Shown: positions 10,131 through 18,283 of the stretch, in pieces
Layout of the letters: every line of letters starts with the position of its first letter
How positions within the stretch are numbered: the stretch's first letter is position 1
NCBI GenBank assembly: GCA_030141605.1
Contig: JAQGDQ010000951.1
Coordinates: forward strand, 1-18,283
From: Tubiluchus corallicola
Lineage: Eukaryota > Animalia > Priapulida
Reading direction: 5' to 3'
DNA: 18,283 bases
Translations under genes and position numbers: made by a program
The notes under the pieces: model-generated
What the model was told of the DNA's origin: nothing
The model's database searches: none
What the model saw: the letters and a program-made list of their open reading frames with translations, nothing else

Positions 10131-11070
10131 TGTGCCATTTTTACCTACTTTTGCATTTGCGCACTTTTACTGTGCCATTTTTACCTACTTTTCCTTTTGT
10201 GCATTTCTTACTGTGCCTTTTTACCTACTTTTCCATTTGCGCACTTTTACTGTGCCATTTTTACCTACTTTTCCATTTGCCCAATTTTTACCGTGCCATT
10301 TTACCTACTTTTCCACTTGCGCACTTTCACTGTGCCATTTTTACCTACTTTTCCATTTGTGCATTTTTACCGTGCCATTTTTACCTACTTTTCCATTTGC
10401 GCACTTTTACTGTGCCATTTTACCTACTTTTCCATTTGCGCACCTTTACTGTGCCATTTTTACCTACTTTTCCATTTGCGCAATTTTTGCTGTGCCGTTT
10501 TTACATACTTTTACATTTGTGCATTCTTTACTGTGCCATTTTTACCTACTTTTCCATTTGCGCACTTTTACTGTGCCATTTTACCTACTTTTCCATTTGC
10601 GCACTTTTACTGTGCCATTTTTACCTACTTTTCCATTTGCGCACTTTTACTGTGCCATTTTTACCTACTTTTCCATTTGCGCACTTTTACTGTGCCATTT
10701 TACCTACTTTTCCATTTGCGCATTTTTTACCGTGCCATTTTACCTACTTTTCCATTTGCGCACTTTTACTGTGCCATTTTTACCTACTTTTCCATTTGCG
10801 CACTTTTACTGTGCCATTTTACCTACTTTTCCATTTGCGCACTTTTACTGTGCCATTTTTACCTACTTTTCCATTTGCGCACTTTTACACCGTGCCATTT
10901 TACCTACTTTTCCACTTGCGCACTTTTACTGTGCCATTTTACCTACTTTTCCATTTGCGCACTTTTACTGTGCCATTTTTACCTACTTTTCCATTTGCGC
11001 ACTTTTACTGTGCCATTTTACCTACTTTTCCATTTGCGCACTTTTACTGTGCCATTTTTACCTACTTTTT
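10131..11070. repeat. Minisatellite, 39-42-bp unit TGTGCCATTTT(T)ACCTACTTTTCCATTTGCGCACTTTTAC, 23 full copies plus a partial 24th
   Basis: Unit starts counted at 10131, 10171, 10212, 10251 ... 10969, 11009, 11048. Head-to-tail with no unique spacers; copies in the 3' half are more homogeneous. Confidence 0.98.
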
Positions 11071-11254
11071 ACTGATTATAGTATCAAGTTCTCACTCAAT
11101 AATGTGATCGTATAGTAATTTGCCGTATTGAGTGATCTTGAATGATTGAATTAATTAATGTTTTAGATTCGCTTATCGATTGCTTATAGGTAATTGATCG
11201 GTTATCGATTACCCGACTCCGAGGGCTTTAGTTAAGTTGCTAAGGCAATGATCT

Positions 11255-12070
11255 TGTCCTACACGACTTTCACCTTGACCTTGCATTGTGAGTCAGATCT
11301 TTATCCCTCAAGTTGACAAGCTTAGCTCCCGCAATTGAGCTCTTATTTACACTGCGAATCTCCTTAGGTTCGTATCAAGGATTTAGTGTTGCGAATGCAA
11401 GTTACTGATAACGCTTTAAACATTCACAAACTCAATGTTTACGTTAATACAGTGAATAGACTTTATTGAACTTTACAGTTTACAATTTAATCACCTCTGG
11501 TTCCAATACAAGATTTGGTCTTATACGCCAGTGGGCGTTTAAAACTAATGTCTAGCTCCAGAGAAGATGCTATTCACTCAATGACTTACAATATTGGTAT
11601 GAAGCACTGAAGGTGCTTAATTCATACAACATTACGGTTACAACTATATCAGATACCAAGTACAAAATATCTAAGTTAAAACACTTAACTTGTGGATTGG
11701 CCAATGTACCACTGCTATTGGCCCAATCCTTCTTTCCTATCGAGACTACGTAGCACCAGTGCTCAGTCAAAGCTAAGTACGCTGATTCTTCCTCCACGCT
11801 GGGCAAACGTTTCTTCTTGGCTTGCAGAAGTCGTCTCAGACACAACACGGTATGAAAGCAAACCACTGTCAGACTCCCCTCTCTCGCTCGTTGTGTATGT
11901 GACTCTCACGTCACCCCTTTGTGTGTCTTGTGAGCTTATATCTCAAAGGTCTGACCTTCCTGGTATTGCACCATCTGGCAACACTCTACCTCCTGGACAG
12001 CGCCAATTCCTTTCACTTTCTTCTGATTTTATAACCAATAATGACTTTCTTAAATTCTGCCGCTTTCACA
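11255..12070 (-). mobile_element. Possible solo LTR or other interspersed-repeat insertion
   Basis: TG...CA bounded (TGT at 11255, or TGTGA at 11287 with TCACA ending 12070). On the minus strand ATATAAG (~11936-11942) lies upstream of AATAAA (11462-11467), the order expected in an LTR. ATCTT occurs at both 11251-11255 and 12070-12074, but not as a canonical TSD. Confidence 0.25.
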
Positions 12071-12641
12071 TCTTCCGCACCATCTGGGGGAGCCTATTGA
12101 CGTCATCACTAACGAACATAATTTTCAATAGTAAAAATATTCCACGAGCGTGTGTAGCACGTGTTTGTGAAAACGAAAGTTGAAAAACAGTGCTACTGTA
12201 AGATTTTCGGTTTGTTGTACTAAAACTAGGCAGGTTTTAAGATAAAGAATCCAAATTTTAAATTTACATTGTGCTCACGCATCAGTTGTCCAACGCGTGT
12301 AGTTAGTCACAAACCGAAACATGTGAATTGAGTTGTACAGCACGTGTTTTTGTGCAATGTGTTTCCGAAATGCGGGCGCTAGTGCCCGTCTAACTAGCGA
12401 GTGGCGAAATGCAAGTAAAAGTGAAAAAACGAGTGGCGCGAACGTAAAACTGTAATTGTGTGGTAATAATTTTCATGTAAGTCATTTTTTAAAAAAATCG
12501 TATGTTTCCTTTCAATATTTTAAAGAGTAGATTGTTTTAACCTACATTTTAAGATTTGGTCCAGTTTTGCTTTAAGTAAAATCCACGTAAAACAACTGAA
12601 GTTGCAAAGTTGATGCAGCAGACGATTTGCTTTACGCACAT

Positions 12642-12716
12642 GTCACGTGATGGCTGCAGCTAAGACGCATTGCTGTGGTACTCTTAACCTTTGACCAGGA
12701 GTAACTGCGCATGCGC
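12642..12716. promoter_or_regulatory. E-box (GTCACGTGA) and NRF1-type palindrome (TGCGCATGCGC)
   Basis: GTCACGTGA at 12642-12650 and TGCGCATGCGC at 12706-12716 in a locally CpG-richer patch. Motif match only. Confidence 0.3.
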
Positions 12717-12849
12717 TTAACGAAACTGCGAAAAGGTTTTTCTATAAATTCTGTGCAATTTAATACAAAATATTAACATTGTCAGACAAATTTTTCAGAT
12801 ATGATGAAACATATAAATTAAAGGTAAATACTTAAAATATTGAAACTCT

Positions 12850-13848
12850 TCATAATTTGCATTCATAACCAAATAGATTGAAATCATTAAAGTAGCGATG
12901 ACACAGTTTCTCCATTACATGTTTCGGAATGCCCATAAAATATTGTCTGTAATCAGGTGTTTCTGGCCATGTATTGTTGATTGGCCACTGGATAAATTTG
13001 CTTACATTCAGCTTTTTAAATATGAAATTTGCGTCGCGTTCTATTGTTTCATATTTACCAACAAAATCATAATTCACAGCACAAGGATTACACAATTTTA
13101 GATACGATTCCCAATGTTCGTTTACATTTCGCTTGATTGCATAATCTGTATGAGAACTTTGATCTAACAAATAGTTTAAAAATTCGTCAAAACGTTGCAT
13201 ATTTACACTTCGTTGTTGCTCAAACTCAATTCGACGTTGATATTTTTTACTCCATTGAAGATAATTCTTCATGCCTCCTCGCCCATCAGTACCATTAACT
13301 TTGCTTCGAAATGCAGAAACCAGTCTATCTAATGGGTGACGAGCAAAAATAAATTTATAGTAGTTGTCCATGCGGTACTGCATCTGCTCTTTGGAATATT
13401 TTCCTAGATGGTTTTCATTTTGAGGTATATGAACTCCATAGCTACGCAAAATTACATTGTACAAGCTGCGATTTTCTTGTAAAGCAGAAAGAATATGCTT
13501 CCACACAGTTGCAGCAATCTTTGGAATGTGACAATATAAAAATCTGTGTTGATCACTAACTAAAATATATCAATAATCAATTTTACCTCTTGTTGTATTG
13601 CGTATATTTTTGCACACCTCTGTAATCCGTTGTAATCTTTCAAGATTAAGTTTAGCAATGTCGTTTTCATAACACTTTTGCTGAAGAAAATAATCGAAAA
13701 AGCGATAATAAGTGCCTTGGCATGAAATATCATTTTTGAATGTTGATTCATAAATTATTGAAATTATATAGAAAAAGCCGCATAACATTAGCAAACACCA
13801 AAATGTGCGTTTGAGATCTGCTTTTCGAAAGGTTATTATTTTATACAT
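12850..13848 (-). pseudogene. Carbohydrate sulfotransferase, CHST11/HNK-1ST-like (Sulfotransfer_2), single coding exon, interrupted by one in-frame TGA at 13572-13570
   Basis: Track ORFs 13570..13959 and 12850..13506 share a frame. Joined from ATG 13848: MYKIITFRKADLKR, TM segment TFWCLLMLCGFFYIISIIY, ...RLQRITEVC...KIDY*YILVSDQHRFLYCHIPKIAATVWK (5'-PSB), KFIFARHPLDRLVSAFRSK (3'-PB), NEHW...LCNPCAVNYDFVGKYET, YFNDFNLFGY; 332 codons. Family call is strong; pseudogene status rests on one base. Confidence 0.85.
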
Positions 13849-14475
13849 AGCTAAGTAGCACTTCGAAATAAAAAAGAACTTCAGTTTAGGACGAGACGGT
13901 GGTAGCAGATGTTTTGAACTTTTTTGGTGATTTTTTTCGTGTTCGTTGATGCACTTCATAAAATGTGATATTTTCTTTGAGAACTTTCCTCTCGAAATTA
14001 CCTCGAGCTTTAACGAGTTCTTGCAGACTGATTGCCATAACTGACTGTCTCGTGTTCACTTCTATGTTTCAGCTGTGTTCCATCGCAAGTCCAAGTCCAG
14101 GTGGTTCTAGGCCAACGTCCTGTTTCAATATAAAGGTTTTAATATGTTTTTTCTACTCCAGGCAATTCTATGCAACTGTAGTCAGTTGGCATCGTAAGTA
14201 TGGAGAAACGCCGATATAAAACCGCTCGCCTTTTTTTCAGATTCTCTCAGGCGTTGAATGTCAGTTTATCCAACAGACTAGGTCCACGTCCATATAAAGA
14301 ACTCTGTCAACTGTAAATAAAATGTTTAGTTTATTTATAATTAATGTTTAATCTACCGTCTCAGCCGGGGAAGTCCAATTTAATTGCAAGGCAAAAAACA
14401 CGTCATGATCAGGTCATGATTATAGAACCCAAACAAGGTGACCTAGTATGACGAGTCCTAGGGCGCACCTATGGA

Positions 14476-14547
14476 GTAAACAAAACTAGTCACACCTCTG
14501 AGCCGAGAGAGGTAAACAAAACTAGCGACACCTCTGAGCTGAGAGAG
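14476..14547. repeat. 36-bp tandem duplication
   Basis: GTAAACAAAACTAGTCACACCTCTGAGCCGAGAGAG (14476-14511) then GTAAACAAAACTAGCGACACCTCTGAGCTGAGAGAG (14512-14547); 3 mismatches. Confidence 0.9.
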
Positions 14548-16320
14548 ACGAGAGATCTAGAGACTGACGGCTTGAAACGAGACTGTATTTGTAATATCTA
14601 TTTTTTTCAAATTCAAGTTTATTTTATTTTGACACAATATTACATACCATATCTATTACACCGGTTTGCAGACACTTTCGTTGAATTCTGAATTGATCTG
14701 TGTCAAACTATATAAAAATATATAACAAAAGCGTTTCAAGCATACGAGACTGATAGTTTGTCATTTTCTGTATGATGTTTTGCTTTACCAACATGTCTGA
14801 ACTGCAGCACCAATTTCTATATAATGTCGCGCAGTGCCATTTTTGGCAACTTCGTCAATTGCTACAAGCCTAACTTATGGTACCATTTTTTCATACCTCT
14901 TCTAGATATTTGTTTTTCGACGAGTTTCTACGAGTATGTTTGCGTACTGCATAAACATTATCAATGCAGGTTCTGTTGTTATAAACGTATCACTAAATTC
15001 TCTTCTAACATGATGCGTAAGCAGTAGCGCTCTAGCTAAGAAGACCTAGTGATAATTTGTTAATCCCACTGTCAGTAAGACATGCAGTAGTCCCCTCCAC
15101 TTGGCTCTTTCTATAGCGGATTGCAATTTTTTCTCCAAAATTGCTTCCTTTATCAATACCAGTCAAAAGGCAAAGATAAGTTTTATTTACTCAATAAGCA
15201 GATAACATTGCGACTTACACTTACACAAAACAGGTCAACACAATTTCGAATAAAACGTAGGGTATATGCCCTGTAGTTGGTAGCCTCTAGTCTCGAACTC
15301 AAGACTGCGTTGTTGCAGACCGAAATCTAAACTACTCAAAGCAGGCATGAACATTACTCAGCTGTAACCTACTCATTGCTCATACTGGCTCACTCGTAAT
15401 GTAAGACGTGGCTAATAATAATGTTTATTGTTGCTGTAACATTTATCAGAAACAATACCGAGAATAACACTGGCAGGATAAATCTAGTGCAGCAATGTAT
15501 CGTAGGTGAATTTCACCGTGCCGTCAGTTCTATTTACAATTGTATGAATACCAATGGGCCAGACTTTTCGGGTGTCAACTTTCCATCCGCCATTAACAAT
15601 ATCCGGTCTCTATCATTAGTACACATTTACATAATTGGCCTTAAAATATCAAAAAATGTTGGTATTATTCCCACATCAAGCACAATCTTTCGCAAGTTCA
15701 TCTCATTACAATATGTAACTCTTTAATTCTACATACTTAGTTTTTGTCTTTAGCTGTTGATTCCATGTTAGTTAGAAAGTAGTTTTTACTTCCTCTTAAA
15801 CTCGTTTTTCCAGGATTGATATATATAAATTTGTGTAAGGAATTTCTTCCCAGAAAACAGCTATGTTGCAATATAGAACAAACATCTTCACTTCCCATTT
15901 ATATGCGCAATGTAGTTAGTTGTAAAATGTTCCATGTAAAATGCTAGACTAAATGAAGCAAAATGTTATTAATTTTAGTTACAGATAAATTATGAACACT
16001 GTCTATTAACTTGTGATGTTAGGTCTGTCATATTTTGTCGCCATCTGTCATCATTGTGTATTAATCTTTGTGTTAATCGTTTTATTATTTTATAGCTAAC
16101 AACAACATGCAGACCAGACGACAAGGCAAAAAAGAAACTAAAATTCACGTTTAATCGACTTTCGAGACATAACGTTAGAGATAACTTAGGAAATAAATAA
16201 ATTATCTTCAGTCGAATTGCCTTAAAATCATAAAAAAACAATACATCAGAAAGAAGCACTCGAAGTGTTGCTAAATTAGCTTATGTAATTTAGGTAAGTT
16301 CTCGACAATAAAAGTGACCT

Positions 16321-17325
16321 TCATTCTTTCTTTTTTGTTTGTTTCACAGAGCCCGCTGGTTTACGTGACTGACCTGTCACAGAAGCTCTTACATCGTGGC
16401 GCAAAAACACGATATCTTGGCTGAGTTCATCCTCCCTAGGTGGTAATAGTGTAACTTCTCGATAAAGCTTTGTCTCCTGCATAAATTTACGTAAATATTT
16501 TAACTTTGATAAAGTATTTTCTTCACATACGTGCGTGCCATTATGAGAACGGTATTCAATTGTCATAGCGTCTATAGTAAGTTTTTCAAATGGAATTGTT
16601 TTTAATACGTCAAGTTCTGCCCCTTCAACATCTAGAGATAAATAATCAATGTGAGTTTGACCAAGTGCAAGCATCATAGAATAAAGAGGGAAGCATTGTA
16701 CCATTGTAACTTGAAGTTCAGTTGTATTAGTCTTAATTCTTATTCTGTTTTGTCTATCCTTGTCCATTGTTTCTGTCAGACCACCAAGCAAACCAGCCAT
16801 AGCAAATTTTAATTTTTCTGCAGTATTATTTGGACTTATACACGCATTTATAAAATACGCATGGCGTTTTTTTTCCATTAAGGGCTTAAATAATAATGGA
16901 TTTGGTTCAATTAAAAGTCCTGTCCATCCACGGTTTCTCTCAAAAAAGAGAGAATTGGAGAAATGTCCATCAGCTGCACCACTTTCTACGTAAAATCCAT
17001 AGCGTCTTTGACCAAGCAATTTGTCTACTAGTGTTGACTGGTGTATTTGTGAGGTATCAACAACATGTCCAACTGCAGGATATGCAGACGGTCCTATAAT
17101 CCAACGATTTTTGATGTGATCTAATAGTTGCTTATCATCAACACCCAAAGCTCCATACTGGATTTTTAGCAATTCGCTTGAGGAGACAAAGTCACCAAAG
17201 CACTGTGAAACATTGGTGTTTTCTGCAACACTATTGAAGAACGACACTCTCGATAAACGTACAAAAGTCGCTATGCAGGTAATAAAACACAAAATGAAGC
17301 AGAGAGTATTGTTTCTGCAGTACAT
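16321..17325 (-). CDS. Star-like type II membrane protein with FkbM/Methyltransf_21 SAM-dependent methyltransferase-family domain, intronless, 334 aa
   Basis: N-terminal signal anchor (TLCFILCFITCIATFV). Family motifs: SQIHQS, GFYVESGAADGHFSNSLFFERNRGWTGLLIEPNP, AYFINACISP, VQCFPLYSMMLALGQTHIDYLSLDVEGAELDVLKTIPF, IDAMTIEY, QDIVF. Intact ATG to TGA. Confidence 0.92.
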   Translation of the reverse strand: MYCRNNTLCFILCFITCIATFVRLSRVSFFNSVAENTNVSQCFGDFVSSSELLKIQYGALGVDDKQLLDHIKNRWIIGPSAYPAVGHVVDTSQIHQSTLVDKLLGQRRYGFYVESGAADGHFSNSLFFERNRGWTGLLIEPNPLLFKPLMEKKRHAYFINACISPNNTAEKLKFAMAGLLGGLTETMDKDRQNRIRIKTNTTELQVTMVQCFPLYSMMLALGQTHIDYLSLDVEGAELDVLKTIPFEKLTIDAMTIEYRSHNGTHVCEENTLSKLKYLRKFMQETKLYREVTLLPPREDELSQDIVFLRHDVRASVTGQSRKPAGSVKQTKKKE

Positions 17326-18041
17326 CTTTGGGCGTTTTCTTTTGAGCGCTTAATGGCCACTAGCAAGTTAAGTTGCGGACACAACAAATGTTGGTTTTCT
17401 ACCAGCGCTACAAGAATGTTCTGTAGCAAAGCATGTACTACGTTGTTTATGTTCGTGGTAAAGTAAAGTATTTCGCACAAGCACAGACTGTTAGACGAAC
17501 TGCTTGTTTGTTAATGGTCGCCAATCATGTAAAACTTCCATGCATTTTTTTTTAATATATAAAATCAAGTGATTCTGAACCTTATCTGTAACTTATATTT
17601 TTAAGTTTCTCGGCTCTTACTGGCCGCGTAGTTTGTGTTTGAAAACTTGAACTGTTGATGAATTTTTGCTCGGAGTGTGACATAGTTATAAATAGTAGTT
17701 ACACACTACCGTTTACTTATTCCAGCACTTAGAAACTTTCTCGCTTATAGGATTAAAATCCTATCCTAGGCCAATAAAATTTCACAAATTACATTATAAG
17801 AAAACCGGACTCAACCTTAATCTGGAGGGTTGGACGCAGGGGTTTGCACACATTTTGGACACATATGTTGTTTATATGCAGGCCACTTGGATGTATGAGT
17901 CATTTGGCACAAGGGCTGTTTAGACACTCTAGGTGTTTTTGACACAGATTTAAATTTTTCGGGGTTTCATTTTATTTTCACTTCTAAAGCAATCAAAACT
18001 TTAGCACATATAATAATTACAGTTTGTTCTAATTTTTTAAA

Positions 18042-18200
18042 ATGTCTGACTTAGAAAATCACACTGTTGAGCAGTTGAGGAAAGACTTGAATGAGAAAGG
18101 GGGAAGGGTAGTTGGGTCAAAAGCCTAGCTTATTGATAGATTAAAGAAGAGCTTTACTGAGTTTTTACCTATCGAGCACGGCCCTTCAGTCATCCATTAA
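18042..18200 (+). pseudogene. SAP-domain ORF remnant with in-frame TAG, probably transposon-derived
   Basis: From ATG 18042: MSDLENHTVEQLRKDLNEKGGRVVGSKA*LIDRLKKSFTEFLPIEHGPSVIH*. Fits the SAP pattern LxxLTVxELKxxLxxRGLxxSGxKAELIxRL; TAG at 18126-18128 sits where E/Q/D is expected. Confidence 0.65.
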
Positions 18201-18283
18201 TTAATTAACACCACAGTCGTCAGTTGCACAGTTTTGCCAAATTTTAATCAGAAAGTAAAAGTTTTTCTAATGATCAAATCAAA

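Noticed and set aside
10131-11070. CRISPR array, or three long overlapping ORFs (349, 330 and 292 aa)
   Set aside because: Units are head-to-tail with no unique spacers and no cas genes. The ORFs arise because the unit has no stop codon on the plus strand, and the frame drifts with unit length.
11319-11382. tRNA or tRNA-derived SINE head (TAGCTC...GGTTCGTATC)
   Set aside because: A B-box-like motif is present, but the T-stem and cloverleaf do not pair.
13570-13572. Selenocysteine codon in the sulfotransferase
   Set aside because: The position does not correspond to a conserved Cys, and I found no SECIS-like RTGA/AA/GA arrangement downstream by eye; the GTGA...AAA near 12646-12631 lacks the 3' GA.
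13849-13959. Upstream ATG extension of the sulfotransferase N-terminus
   Set aside because: ATG 13848 gives the typical short cytoplasmic tail before the TM segment, and the extension contains an acceptor-like pyrimidine run plus AG. Not excluded, but less likely.

Overview
Repeat-rich, AT-rich eukaryotic DNA, probably from an invertebrate animal. The left end (1-3546, minus strand) is the 5' part of a BEL/Pao LTR retrotransposon: a candidate LTR, gag with three Cys-His knuckles, then protease and the region leading into RT. Gag and pol are in the same frame, separated by one TAG. The middle (about 4-12.5 kb) is non-coding: a ~155-bp tandem repeat, (TA)n, (CT)n and (GA)n tracts, a small MITE-like element, a decayed LINE RT fragment, a Helentron-associated (HINE/DINE-like) fragment, and a ~40-bp x24 minisatellite whose reverse-complement sub-units lie ~1 kb upstream (foldback-like). 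The right part has two intronless, same-strand type II membrane enzyme genes: a CHST11-like carbohydrate sulfotransferase broken by one in-frame TGA, and an intact Star-like FkbM/Methyltransf_21 protein. A SAP-domain ORF remnant with an in-frame TAG lies at the far right. I saw no CRISPR array, rRNA or tRNA. All calls come from reading and hand translation, with no database searches.
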